NCBI RefSeq assembly: GCF_006345805.1
Contig: NC_043013.1
Location: 7,068,001-7,132,000 of the forward strand
Source of the DNA: Octopus sinensis
Taxonomy: Eukaryota
Length of the DNA: 64,000 nucleotides
Direction of reading: 5' to 3'
Shown here: piece after piece, positions 1 through 12,469 of the stretch
Numbering within the stretch: position 1 is the first letter of the stretch
Layout: every line of letters begins with the position of its first letter
Position numbers and translations under genes: made by a program
Notes under the pieces: model-generated
Told to the model about the DNA's origin: nothing
Databases searched by the model: none
Seen by the model: only the letters and a program-made list of their open reading frames with translations

Positions 1-274
1 CCAGTAGTAGTAGAGTCGTTGTACGAGTTCTCAGTGGGAATCAATGTCAGGGACGTGATATATACGAGTTCGAGTTACCGTCAAAGTAGACGCTTCAAAC
101 TCATTGCCTTGTGAAGCTGTCAGCGATAGCACAATAGACGAGTCAAAGATAATAAGATGAGGAATACCTTCACAACGTAATAGTGGTGACCAGAATATTA
201 CAGTGCCGACAATAACATACAAGTGGAGGAGGATCCACATTATAACAATATGCTTTTCTTTATCTTTAATGAAG

Positions 275-340
275 CTATCTATCTCTCTATCTATCATTAT
301 ATCCATCTATCTATCTATCTATCTATCTATCATTCTATCC

Positions 341-388
<48 letters not shown>

Positions 389-545
389 GCCTATCTGTCT
401 ATCCATCTATCTCTTTTCTCCTCTCTCTCCCTCTCTCCTCTTCTCTTCTCCCTCTCTCTCCTCTCCTCTTCTCCTCTCCTCTTCTCCTCTCTCTCTTCTC
501 CTCTCTCTCTCATTCATTTACCCTCTCTCTCTCTCTCTCTCTCTC
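275..545. repeat. (TCTA)n followed by (CT)n-rich microsatellite
   Basis: Directly visible tandem repeats. Confidence 0.95.
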
Positions 546-619
546 GCAGATGAGGAATGATGTACATTATTTACATTATTTACATTTGACGGATATTTCT
601 CCTCATCTTGTTTGTTGTT

Positions 620-662
620 AACACATTTCGGCTGATATACCCTCCAGCCTTCATCAGGTATC
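620..662 (-). ncRNA. Defective minimal hammerhead (inverted copy of the 860-905 motif)
   Basis: Minus strand GAUAC-CUGAUGA-A-GGCUG-loop-CAGCC-GAAA-UGUGUU; lacks the CGU of helix III present in the plus copy. Confidence 0.65.
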
Positions 663-724
663 TTGGGGAAAATTCGAACCTGGGTTCTCATTCCTAAGGT
701 ATTTTTCCATGCCATTATGCCCAC

Positions 725-797
725 GGGCATATGGCGTCGTGATTAAGAGCGCGGGCAACTAACCTCAAGATTCAGAGTTCGAGTCCAGGGAGTGACC
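725..797 (+). promoter_or_regulatory. tRNA-like Pol III head (degenerate A box 732-742, B box 776-786)
   Basis: TGGCGTCGTGA ... AGTTCGAGTCC at tRNA spacing, ending GTGACC, then (AAT)n; too decayed to be a real tRNA. Confidence 0.6.
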
Positions 798-859
798 TGA
801 ATAATAATAACATCGAAAAATACCTTAGGAATGAGAACCCAGGTTCGAAATTTCCCCAA

Positions 860-905
860 GACACCTGATGAAGGCTGGAGGGTATATCAGCCGAAACGTT
901 GTGTT
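860..905 (+). ncRNA. Minimal type I hammerhead ribozyme (Penelope-type, dimer-forming)
   Basis: Helix I GACAC/GUGUU; CUGAUGA 865-871; extra A; helix II GGCUG/CAGCC; GAA; palindromic ACGU; GUU triplet, predicted cut after 900. Confidence 0.75.
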
Positions 906-1649
906 AACAACAAACAAGACGACGACAAATATCCGTCAAATGTAAATAATGTAAATAATGTAAGAAATCCTCAGTAGATATGGTGGTATATTTTACACGA
1001 CACTCAGCTGTTCATACACAGTTTTCGAAAGTGTAATTAATTCTACAACAATCAATATTTTAACAATTAGAATCCACATATGACAACCCAGAGAAAACCC
1101 TTACGATTCAGTAAGTATTCCTAGAAGTTAACCGAGCCCCTTTCAAAGTAGCAGGGCACTTGGTCCCTAATATCAAGACTTCAGTAACTAATGCTCCTAT
1201 TCTTAAACAGCGATTCCAAACACATCACGATGATAATGATCACATGCAAATTCCGATGATGAGCCAATTAGAAATACTAGCCAACTTCCTTCGAGTCATA
1301 TGATACCATATTAAAAAAGGAAACACATTCAGCAATGAAATAATTGCTACGACATTAAACCATATAGACGAACTGGTCATCTCTGGAGCGTCAGAGATAA
1401 ACGAAAACAATTGCTGTGATCAGAGGAAATAATTTTGTTGGAGTCATCCGCAACAGGACTTTCTGAGATTTTCTTTTTTTTTTTTTTTGACTAATGATAA
1501 AAAGTCATTGTGCAAATATTGTTATTTTGACGAATTATCAATTGCGTGATCATTTCATTGAAATAGGTAAAAAATATCCTGCACCAACAACATTGAGATC
1601 TATAAATAGTAGCGAAAACGTTTAGTTTGGTATACAACAAGAGATATTC

Positions 1650-2229
1650 TTTTCTACTCTAGGCACAAGGCAGGAAATTTTGGGGGAGGGGCCAGTCGAT
1701 TAGATCGATCCTAGTACGCTACTGGTACTTAATTTATCGACCCCGAAAAGATGAAAGGTAAAGTCGACCTCGAAGGAATTTGAACTCAGAACGTAAAGAC
1801 AGACGAAATACCTATTTCTTTACTACTCACAAGGGGCTAAACACAGAGAGGACAAACAAGGACAGACAAACGGATTAAGTCGATTATATCGACCCCAGTG
1901 TGTAACTGGTACTTATTTAATCGACCCCGAAAGGATGAAAGGCAAAGTCAACCTCGGCGGAATTTGAACTCAGAACGTAGCGGCAGACGAAATACCCATT
2001 TCTTTACTACTCACAAGAGGCTAAACACAGAGAGGACAAACAAGGACAGACAAACGGATTAAGTTGATTATATCGACCCCAGTGCATAACTGGTACTTAT
2101 TTATTCGACCCCGAAAGGATGAAAGGTAAAGTCGACCTCAGCGGAATTTGAACTCAGAATGTAGCAGCAGGCGAAATACTGCTGAGCATTTCGCCCGGCG
2201 TGCTAACGATTCTGCCAGCTCCCCACCTT
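1650..2229 (-). mobile_element. tRNA-derived SINE family A, 3 internal units
   Basis: B box GAGTTCAAATTCC and body GCCTTTCATCCTTTCGGGGTCGATAAATTAAGTACCAG three times; one head, one tail. Confidence 0.9.
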
Positions 2230-2706
2230 ATCCAACGAGAGATATTATCTAAGTTCTGTGTAAGTGTAGGATCCCAGGCTCGATTTCCAGGTCCGTTCAG
2301 TAATAAAGAATAGCCTGCATCTATTTGTGAGGGCAGATAAAACATGCCACGATGACTAAAATTAGAGTTGTGTGGTGGCACCAATACTATTCTCTCCGTT
2401 TACTCTTTCTATATGCATTTCCATTTTTTTTATTGGTTTGTTCTGTAGGAAAAGACTATACCAGTAGTCTTCGTAAACCTTTCAAGACCTATATAACGTT
2501 ATTCTTCAAGAAAAAAACCTTTCGAGATTTCATGATACAATGCATAGAATACCGATTTGAAGGTCTGCCTCACTGAGAATGAAATCTTAAGATTTAGCAA
2601 ACTCCGACGAAAACATTATTTAGAAATAATCCCTTACATAAATCAGGATCTAGTTTAACATGCTGTAGATATGGCAGCCCAGTAAACCGTCTGTTAGATT
2701 TCCTTT

Positions 2707-3488
2707 GTATCTTTACCTTTTGACAGACAGATTTAAAAGATAATTTTTTGTAACTAAACACTTTCAAACTTCGTATACTTGTAGAATGTGTCACATAAAA
2801 CATCTTTTACTCTTGGCGTTGTTGAGAAAATTCTGTATTTTGAAAGTTATATTTTGTTAAAGTTGTCGTATTTCGGTAATTTCAACCAATCAATGACGTG
2901 TATTCAGTTGAATAAAATTACTGCCATTGTTTGTCAACAAGAACTTCCAGTGGTGTATATTTCGTTTGTCACTGTTATTTATGACATCGTTCGTGCGTTT
3001 GTACTGGTTTTAGTTTTAAGGTTTTAGGGTTAAGGTTTTAGGGTTAGGGTTTTAGGGTTAGGGTTAGGGTTTTAGGGTTAGGGTTAGGATTAAGGTTTTA
3101 GGGTTAGGGTTAGGGTTAAGGTTAGGGTTGGTTTTTGGGGTTAGAGTTACGGAAAAAATGTTTTTAATGAAGCACGACCGATTATAGTGGTGCCATGAAG
3201 TAAACATGCTTCAATTCATACAAACGTAACTGAGATGAAATATGTCATAAATAACAGTGACAGATGAAATATACACCGCCGGAAGTTGTTGTTGACAAAC
3301 AACAGCAGTAATGTTATTCAGCTGAATACACCTCATTGATTGGTTGAAATTACGACAACTTTAACAAAAAATAACTTCCAAAATACAGAATTTTCTCAGC
3401 AACGCCAAGAGTAAAAGATGTTTTACGAAGTTTGAAAGTGTTTATATACAAAATATTATTAAATCTGTCGGTCAAGAGGTAAAGATTC
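2707..3488. mobile_element. Merlin-like MITE with long inverted arms around a telomeric-type tract
   Basis: Arms ~2707-2988 and ~3244-3488; ends resemble GGATCT; 8-bp flanks TTTCCTTT/TTTCTTTT (7/8 TSD). Confidence 0.65.
3010..3145 (+). repeat. Interstitial (TTAGGG)n/(TTTTAGGG)n tract
   Basis: Directly visible, inside the MITE. Confidence 0.9.
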
Positions 3489-3655
3489 TTTCTTTTTACT
3501 AAGCTAAACATTTCAATTCTTGTAAAAATTGAAGAGTAGTATGTCTTTTGACTTCTACCTTTGTTCAACTCTTTTTGAGAAAATAGCATTTGTTGCCTTG
3601 CTAGTCAATCCCTTAAAAGGCTAAACTAGATCCACTGTAAATCATTAAAAAAAAA

Positions 3656-3811
3656 TTGTGGCTGTGTGGTAAGAAGCTTGCTTTCCAACAACATGGTTCT
3701 GGGTTCAGTCCCACTGCGTGGAACCTTACGCAAGTGTCTTCAACTATAGCCTGAGGCCAACCAAAGCTTTGTGTATGGAGTTGATAGACAGAAATTGAAA
3801 GGAGCCTGTTG

Positions 3812-3892
<81 letters not shown>

Positions 3893-4128
3893 TTGTTATA
3901 CTGTCAACTTAACGTGACAGTCCCATAGAGGGAATTACACCACCGCTATTTGCCCTAGGAAGCATCAACGCTTCCTGTCGGTCTTGACATATTTCTTGTG
4001 TCCTTATGTTTACAAAGGGGAGACAAGCACCCCATCCAGCCAAGCCTGCATCCAGAGACATGTTTCTGAGTCTTGTTCGTCATCAGTCTGGAGTAGCATA
4101 TATATACATATATAACATACATATATAT

Positions 4129-4163
<35 letters not shown>

Positions 4164-4272
4164 TTATAATTTCTTGCGTGGTGTCTGTGTTTGTCCCTAC
4201 CACTACCATCGCTTGTGGTGTGTTTATGACCTCCTCGTAACATAGCGGTTCAACAAAAGAGACCGTCAGAAA
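3656..4272 (+). mobile_element. SINE family B, split by an insertion in its internal microsatellite
   Basis: Head GGCTGTGTGGTAAGAAGCTTGC at 3659; 3' half resumes near 4170. Confidence 0.75.
4051..4092 (-). ncRNA. Minimal hammerhead motif with weakened helix II
   Basis: UCCAGA-CUGAUGA-CGAACAAGACUCA-GAA-ACAUGU-C-UCUGGA: 6-bp helix I, palindromic helix III, GUC triplet. Confidence 0.65.
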
Positions 4273-4289
4273 ATGCGCAGATATGAAAT

Positions 4290-4993
4290 TTGCTCGTTGC
4301 TTCTTCTCCGATACCAGACCGATCCATTTCTCGAGAGTATTGTAACTTGCGATGAAAAGTGGATCCTGTACAATAGTAAAAAAACGTTCTTCGCAGTGGT
4401 TGGACCAAAATGAAGCACCGAAAACCTTCCCTAAACCCGAGCTCTTCACAAAGAAGGTTATGGTGACTGTTTGGTGGTGTACTGCTGGACTCATCCACTA
4501 TAGTTTCTTAAAACCCGGAAAATCATTACTGCAGAAACATATTGCCTTGAAATTGCCAAAATGAACGAAAAGCTGCTACTTCTCCGTCCCCGACTGGTCA
4601 ACAGAAGAGGGCAAATCATTCTTCATGACAATGCTCGACCACACGTCTCACTAATGACGCTCCAGAAGTTGAGGGAACTTGGCTACGAAGTTCTTCCCCA
4701 TCCAACTTATTCCCCAGACCTATCTCCTACCGACTACCATTCTTTCAAGCACCTTGATGGTTTCCTGCGAGAGGAGTTCAGAAATCAAACCGATGCTGCA
4801 AGTGCGTTCAAAGAGTTCATCAGCTCCAGAACACCAGGTTTTTATATTACCAGAATAGATATCTTGTAATTCGCTGACAAAAATGTGTTGATTGTAATGG
4901 TGTTTATTTTGATGAATAAAATTTCCGTATTTTTGAAATATTTTGTGATGAATTTCATGTTTCAAAACGTTGCTTACTTTTTACTCAGCCTGA
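4290..4993 (+). mobile_element. 5'-truncated mariner (DD34D) transposon, frameshifted transposase
   Basis: Motifs VTCDEKW, KKVMVTVWW, HDNARPH and YSPDLSPTDY across two frameshifts; terminal ...TACTCAGCCTGA-TA. Confidence 0.92.
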
Positions 4994-5336
4994 TATAAAG
5001 GGTTATTTCATTGTTTCATGACTCGAAGCTAACTAACATTGGGAAAATACAGTGGCTTCGTCTACCATACTGGATACATGCAAACAGGTAAGTTTTCTAT
5101 GTGGCACTTCGATTTGCTGAAAATAGCAGCTAAATATGAACAGGTAATACGTACCTTTTAAAAACGAGTTAAACTTTGGAAATTGTTGTCTTCGATATAC
5201 ATCTACCAGAAGGTTCAGTTAAGGCGGGAATGCATTTATTCATAGCTCTACTCAACAAGGGTTGAACGTGGGAGCAAAACAAGGTGTACACTGGAGTTAG
5301 GACCTGTTTAGGATCTGTATATGATTGTTAAGTGGA

Positions 5337-5580
5337 GGCGCGTGGTTTAGTGGTTAGGGTGTCAGCATCCTGATCGTAAGATTGTGGTTTCGATTCCTGG
5401 ACCGGGCGACGCGTTGTGTTCTTGAGCAAAACACTTCCTTTCACGTTGCTCCAGTCTACTCAACTGGCAAAACTGAGTAACGCTGCGATGGATGGCGTCC
5501 CGTCCAGCTGGGGAACACATACGCCATTGAAACCGGGGAAACCGGGCCCATGAGACTGGCTAGTCTTTAAAGGGGCGCAT
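5337..5580 (+). mobile_element. tRNA-derived SINE family C
   Basis: A box, B box GGTTTCGATTCC, GTGTTCTTGAGCAAAACACTT body, GAAACCGGG tail; related copy at 10968-11195. Confidence 0.8.
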
Positions 5581-6067
5581 TTATTATTTTATTATATGAT
5601 TGTTAAAAAAAATCGATAAAGCTGAAGCAGTTACTTTCTGAATTCTCAACCAGGAACTAAAACTGTAGCCTAAATATTTCTGCTAGCTTCTTTCTCTTAT
5701 TCTATCGAAATGCACTCGGAGATTTACGAGGGCCGGCTGTAATACTACTTCATTCAACACAGATAAGCCTATTCCATTTCCTTAACACATGAGGTGAAAT
5801 TTAGTTCAACGCAGATAAATCCGTTCACTTTCTTCTCCCGATCTTCTCTCCGCTTTCGAACTCTTTCCGAGTATTTTTTAGGCAGTTCCTTTTTCATTCT
5901 TTGACGTTGCAAGTCTATCTCTGTCTAACATCTACATCTGATACAAACATTACTTCAACAGTTACGCGAGTCTCATTGTTATTCTCATCTCCTTACCGGT
6001 GTAAAACAGCCAACTGCTACATACTCCGTACACTGTTCATGACGAGAAGAATTGTTCTTTTGTTTTT

Positions 6068-8110
6068 TTCTTTTCTGCTGTAAGCACAAGGCCTGAAAAT
6101 TTGAAGGAGGGGATAGTCGGTTACATCGACCCCAGTATGTAACTGGTACTTAATTTATAGACCCCGAAAGGATGAAAGGCGAAGTCGACCTCGGCGGAAT
6201 TTGAACTTAGAACGTAACGGCAGACGAAATATCTGCTTCTTTGTTACCCACAAGGGGCTAAACATAGAGGGAACAAACAAGGACAGGCAAACGGATTAAG
6301 TCGGTTACATCGACCCCAGTGCGTAACTGGTACTTAATTTATAGACCCCGAAAGGATGAAAGGCGAAGTCGACCTCGGCGGAATTTGAGCTTAGAACGTA
6401 ACGGCAGACGAAATATCTGCTTCTTTGTTACCCACAAGGGGCTAAACATAGAGGGAACAAACAAGGACAGGCAAACGGATTAAGTCGGTTACATCGACCC
6501 CAGTGCGTAACTGGTACTTAATTTATAGACCCCGAAAGGATGAAAGGCGAAGTCGACCTCGGCGGAATTGAGCTTAGAACGTAACGGCAGACGAAATATC
6601 TGCTTCTTTGTTTCCCACAAGGGGCTAAACATAGAGGGGAACAAACAAGGACAGGCAAACGGATTAAGTCGGTTACATCGACCCCAGTGCGTAACTGGTA
6701 CTTAATTTATAGACCCCGAAAGGATGAAAGGCGAAGTCGAACTCGGCGCGGAATTGAGCTTAGAACGTAACGGCAGACGAAATATCTGTTCTTTGTTACC
6801 CACAAGGGGCTAAACATAGAGGGAACAAACAAGGACAGGCAAACGGATTAAGTCGATTACATCACCCCAGTGCGTACTGGACTTAATTTAAGACCCCGAA
6901 AGGATGAAAGGCAAAGTCGACCTCGGCGGAATTTGAACTCAGAACGTAGCGGCAGACGAAATATCTGCTTCTTTGTTACCCACAAGGGGCTAAACATAGA
7001 GGGAACAAACAAGGACAGGCAAACGGATTAAGTCGATTACATCGACCCCAGTGCGTAACTGGTACTTAATTTATAGACCCCCGAAAGGATGAAAGGCAAA
7101 GTCGACCTCGTCGGAATTTGAGCTTAGAACGTAGGGGCAGACGAAATATCTGCTTCTTTGTTACCCACAAGGGGCTAAACATAGAGGGAACAAACAAGGA
7201 CAGGCAAACGGATTAAGTCGATTACATCGACCCCAGTGCGTAACTGGTACTTAATTTATAGACCCCCGAAAGGATGAAAGGCAAAGTCGACCTCGGCGGA
7301 ATTTGAGCTTAGAACGTAGGGGCAGACGAAAATCTGTTTCTTTGTTACCCACAAGGGGCTAAACAAGAGAGGAACAAACAAGGACAGGAAACGGATTAGT
7401 CGATTACATACGACCCCAGTGCGTAACTGGTACTTAATTATAGACCCCCGAAGGATGAAAGGCAAAGTCGACCTCGGCGGAATTTGAACTCAGAACTAGC
7501 GGCAGACGAAATATCTGCTTCTTTGTTACCCAAAGGGGCCTAAACATAGGGGAACAACAAGGACAGGCAAACGGATTAAGTCGATTACATCGACCCCAGT
7601 GCGTATCTGGTACTTAATTATAGACCCCCGGAAAGGATGAAAGGCAAAGTCGACCTCGGCGGAATTTGAACTAGAACGTAACGGCAGACGAAATATCTGC
7701 TTCTTTGTTACCCACAAGGGGCTAAACATAGAGGGAACCAAAAGGACAGGAAAACGGAATTAAGTCGATTACATCGACCCAGTGCGTAACTGGTACTTAA
7801 TTTATAGACCCCGAAAGGATGAAAGGCAAAGTCGACCTCGGCGGAATTTGAACTCAGAACTAGCGGCAGACGAATATCTGCTTCTTGTTACCCACAAGGG
7901 GCTAAACATAGAGGGAACAAACAAGGACAGGCAAACGGATTAAGTCGATTACATCGACCCAGTGCGTAACTGGTACTTAATTTATAGACCCCGAAAGGAT
8001 GAAAGGCAAAGTCGACCTCGGCGGAATTTGAACTCAGAACGTAACGGCAGACGAAATATCGCTTAGCATTTCACCCGGCGTGCTCACGATTCTGCCAGCT
8101 CGCTGCCCTT
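6068..8110 (-). mobile_element. SINE family A with an 11-unit ~183-bp internal tandem array
   Basis: GGATGAAAGG recurs at ~6170, 6354, 6539, 6722, 6902, 7088, 7272, 7453, 7636, 7817 and 7997; single head near 8110, single tail near 6068. Confidence 0.92.
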
Positions 8111-8787
8111 AACGAGACGAATTGTGACTGATAAATAAACTTTGTAAAAAAAAAAGTTGCTTTTCCCTTTTGTTTGTTTATATTGGTGCATATCTCACTG
8201 TCCCGTGAAGTTTTCACTCACTGTTATCATTTCTTATCACCAGTGCATCCGTTACAAGGTAATTTGGGAGTTAAATCTAAAACCAAGCGCGCATATATAA
8301 ATCGTATCTTTCTCATGTATGACTCTAAGACACAGGATTGCTAACAGGGGAAGAACAGAATGCCAAATTCCTTCCAAATTAATATAATCCGAAATATCAC
8401 TAAGCAGATGTTCTTTTGAGGAGCAGCTTAGCAGCCTTGCATTTTTTGGTTATGAAGAAGTGTCGACCTTGCAGCAACGATTACATAATCTACAACCCCT
8501 TGCTCTTTAGCCCTTATCACCTCTCCCCCAACATTTCTCTCTCTCCTCCTCCTCCTCCGTCTCCTCTCCCTAAGAAGTAGGTCACATTTCCAGAATACGT
8601 TTGCACGTCAGTTGTCATTGGTAGAGTTAAAGATCCTTCAGGTAAAAATTTCTACAATTTAGAACTTTCAGGGACATCACTAAATAATGCAACATATTCA
8701 TGTACGAGTCAAAGATGGAGACTTCTACTGATCACTCAATTTACTGGAAATAGTAGCTATATCCCCCTTAATTTACACCCTACTATA

Positions 8788-9392
8788 TTCTTTTCTACTC
8801 TAGGTACAAGAGGGGAGGGGGCAGTCGATATGATCGACCCCAGTACACAACTGGTACTTAATTTATCGACCCCGAAAGGATGAAAAGCAAAGTCGACCTC
8901 GAGGGAATTTGCTTTGAGCACGTAAAGACAGACGAAATACCTATTTCTTTATTACCCACAAGGGGCTAAACACAGAGGGGACAAACAAGGACAGACATAG
9001 GTACTAAGTCGATTACATCGACCCCAGTGGATAACTGGTACTTAATTTATCGACCCCGAAAGGAGGAAAAGCAAAGTCGACCTCGAGGGAATTTGCACTG
9101 AGCACGTAAAGACAGACGAAATACCTTTAAGCATTTCGCCCGGCGTGCTAATGTTTCTTATTTCTTTATTACCCACAAGGGGCTAAACATAGAGGGGGCA
9201 AACAAGGACAGACAAAGGAATTAAGTCGATTACATCGATCCCAGTGCGTAACTGGTACTTAATTTATGAATCTCCGAAAGGATGAAAGGCAAAGTCGACC
9301 TCCGCGGAATTTGAACTCAGAACATATAGACAGACAAAAAACTGCTAAGCATTTCGCCCGGCGTGCTACCGTTTCTGCCAGCTCGCCACCTT
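8788..9392 (-). mobile_element. SINE family A, 3 internal units
   Basis: Same head, body and tail as 1650-2229. Confidence 0.9.
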
Positions 9393-9423
9393 AACACTCT
9401 ACTATATTAAAAAGAACACATTT

Positions 9424-9471
<48 letters not shown>

Positions 9472-9592
9472 CTCGAAACGTCAAAAACTTTTTTATCTTT
9501 TTACCGAGCATCAAACTAAAACATTCTATGCGCACGTCCTCTTGTTCTTTGCTGTTTTTGATGTTCGATTTTTTGATTTGACTGCTGATGCT

Positions 9593-9929
9593 GAGACCCC
9601 GTTCGGTCATGACTGACCATGGGATTGCACCTAGAAAGTTACCCTCCCAGACACAAGTCCAGGCAAGGTTGTTTATGGAAGACCAGCAGTCGCCCATGCA
9701 GACCGGCGTCCCTTCTCCACGCCACCAGTGTTATCCAAGGGAAAGGCAAATGCCGATACAGCTTGGCATCTGTGACGTCGCAACTCATTTCTACAGCTGA
9801 GTGAATTGTAGCAACGTGAAATAAAGTGTCTTGCTCAAGAACAAAACACGCAGCCCGACCCGGGATTCGAACTCACAACCTCACGATCGTAAGCTCGACG
9901 CTCTAACCACTGGGCCATGTGTCTTCACT
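9593..9929 (-). mobile_element. tRNA-derived SINE family D
   Basis: Reverse-complement similar to 11922-12262. Confidence 0.85.
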
Positions 9930-9958
9930 TCGATTTTAACTATGCACACACACACACA

Positions 9959-10075
<117 letters not shown>

Positions 10076-10967
10076 TATACATGCATACATACACACAGAT
10101 ACAAGCACTGTGTCAGGGAATATAGAATGTCCGGAGTAAGAACGCCTTCGAATGTAGGTCTGCAATATCCACAACTTGCTTCCTACAAGTGACAGAAAGT
10201 CTACCCTCATCGATTAACCCACTAGAAATAACAGTCAAATGCCCTTTAAATTACATATTTCTAAACGTCTTTAAAAATGGAAGGATAGGACACGTTGGAT
10301 AATGGAAGGATAGAGCAAAAATATGGAGAAGACCAATGCTAGCCAGCCTTTGCCATTGGTAAACTTGTTCAGTTTCAATTTCAGGGTAAGCCACAGCATC
10401 ACTCATGTTAATCAATATGAGGTCTTGGAGGTTCAAGTATGTTACAGACCATAAAAACATCCGCCTGCAGACCGGTTAGTTTTCAATTTCCTTTTTTCTA
10501 TTTCTCTTTAAACCGGCTGCCACTTCAAAATATTCAAAATATTTTACGCAGAAATTGAGCTAAAAGTGGTGGCGGGGGTCTGTTTTTCTTTCGATAGCAA
10601 CTACTTGAAACTAAAGATATGTACTATGACACGTCCTCGTATTCTCTAGCCATGTACTAGTTTCTTTACTACTTTATAATTGGTCAGATGTTCATGTCCG
10701 GGTTCTGTGGCATCAACCAGAAGACAGATATCGCTCAAGGAGCAAATTTATAGTAGGCAATGTGTTTTTTATCTTTTCATTATTTTTCCCGTGAGACCCA
10801 ACAAAATCACTTTAATGAACAGCCTACTATCACGTGGTTACTCGACCTACTGTCCTAGAAATAGCAACAACATTACCCCAAATTACATTCTACTTTCTTA
10901 AAGAAAAAAGGACGCACTAGACCAGGTCTCAATAATTTTATACCCATTAAGTAAAGTTAGCTTCTCG

Positions 10968-11195
10968 AGTCATACTAACTCATAAGGGCCAGTTTCCCGG
11001 TTTCCATGGCATATATATATTCCTCACCTGGACGGAACGACGGTCCGTCGCAGGATTACTCATTTTTGCCAGCTGAGTGGACTGGAGCAACATGAAATAA
11101 AGTGTTTTACTCAAGAACATAATGCATCACCCAGTCCAGGAATCGAAACCACGATCTTACGATCATGAGACCAACACCCTACCCACTAAACCACT
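10968..11195 (-). mobile_element. SINE family C copy
   Basis: Reverse-complement similar to 5337-5580. Confidence 0.75.
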
Positions 11196-11337
11196 ATGGA
11201 TCCTTTTGATTACTATTGCATTCTGGTGGACCTCCATAGCTATTCGATGTTTGAAGAGTAGTTTTATAGAAACTTCTTTCAAAATTCCTATTTTCTTTTA
11301 CACACATTAACTTAAGTTGAACTATATAAAATGTTGT

Positions 11338-11632
11338 GGAGACACATGGCCTAGTTGTTTGAGCAGGGGACTCGTGATCGCGGGTTCGAATCTCAGACCA
11401 AGCGATTTGTGTGTTTATGGGCGAAACACCTAAGCTCCACGCGGCGGCTCCGGCAGAAGGTAAATGGCGAACTTCTGCTGACTCTTTCGCCAAAACTTCC
11501 TCTCACTCTTTCCCCCTGCATCTTGCAGCTCACCTGTGACGGACCGGCGTCCCGTCCGGGTGGGGAACCCATACGCCAAGAAAACCGGGAAACCGGCCCT
11601 AATGAGCCAGGTGTGGCTCGAGAAGGAACAAG
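11338..11632 (+). mobile_element. tRNA-derived SINE family E (C-like tail)
   Basis: B box GGGTTCGAATCT, body AAACACCTAAGCTCCACGCGG; related copy at 46045-46332. Confidence 0.8.
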
Positions 11633-11921
11633 CATTAAAGAAACATAGCTGTTTCTTGCAATCCATACCATTACAGACATCTAAAGCAAAATGTTTCAAG
11701 GATCCTTGAATTATTTTGTGAATGCCTAATTTACTATTTTGTTTCGTGGACTCCAAAAGATCTTATGTGGACCCTCAGGGGCCACATAGACCTCAGTTGA
11801 GAATCACTGCATTAGACAATGCACAAACCGATAGGATGGTCAGAAATGAAATGCTGTTGATCATGTCTGCTTGATCAAGAATGACATTGTATTAAATAAC
11901 AGCTATGTTGCAGTTGTAAGT

Positions 11922-12262
11922 GAAGACGCATGGCTCAGTGGTTATGACGTCGAGCTTACGATCGTGAGGTTGTGAGCTCGAATCCCGGACCGGGCTGTGT
12001 GCTGTGTTCTTGAGCAAGACACTTTATTCAACGTTGCTCCGGTTCACTCAGCTGTAGAAATGAGTTGCGACGTCACAGGTGCCAAGCTGTATCGGTCCCC
12101 TTTGTCTTTCCCTTGGATAACATCAGTGGCGAGAGAGGAGAGAGGCTGGTATGCATGGGCGACTGCTGGCCTTCCATAAACAACCTTGCCCGGAATTGTG
12201 CCTGGGAAATTAACTTTCTAGGTGCAATCCCATGGTCAGTGTCGAGACCGATGGGGGTCTCA
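11922..12262 (+). mobile_element. tRNA-derived SINE family D
   Basis: A box TGGCTCAGTGG, B box GCTCGAATCCC, GTGTTCTTGAGCAAGACACTT body. Confidence 0.85.
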
Positions 12263-12469
12263 GATGTTGCAGTTGTTAATGATGTTGCGGTTGTTTTTGT
12301 GGTTGTTGTTATTTAGCTCGGAGCCTGGCATGATCGAGCAGATCTATTATCAAAACTATTCCAGTTGTGATTTTTTGCAACCGTTTATATTCCTTCAGGC
12401 ATGACGTACCTCGGACTACATCATCCAATGTGTCATACACATTTTTTTTAATATAGTAGAGTATAATTT

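Noticed and set aside
3010-3145. Chromosome end
   Set aside because: The tract is short, degenerate and enclosed within MITE arms.
5059-5096. Exon ending at CAG|GTAAGT
   Set aside because: Purine-rich, poor acceptor; too short to support.
6068-8110. CRISPR-like array
   Set aside because: The units are ~183-bp near-identical SINE bodies with no unique spacers.
8594-8641. 48-nt plus-strand exon candidate (CAG|...CAG|GTAAAA)
   Set aside because: Splice signals only; no homology, and expected by chance.
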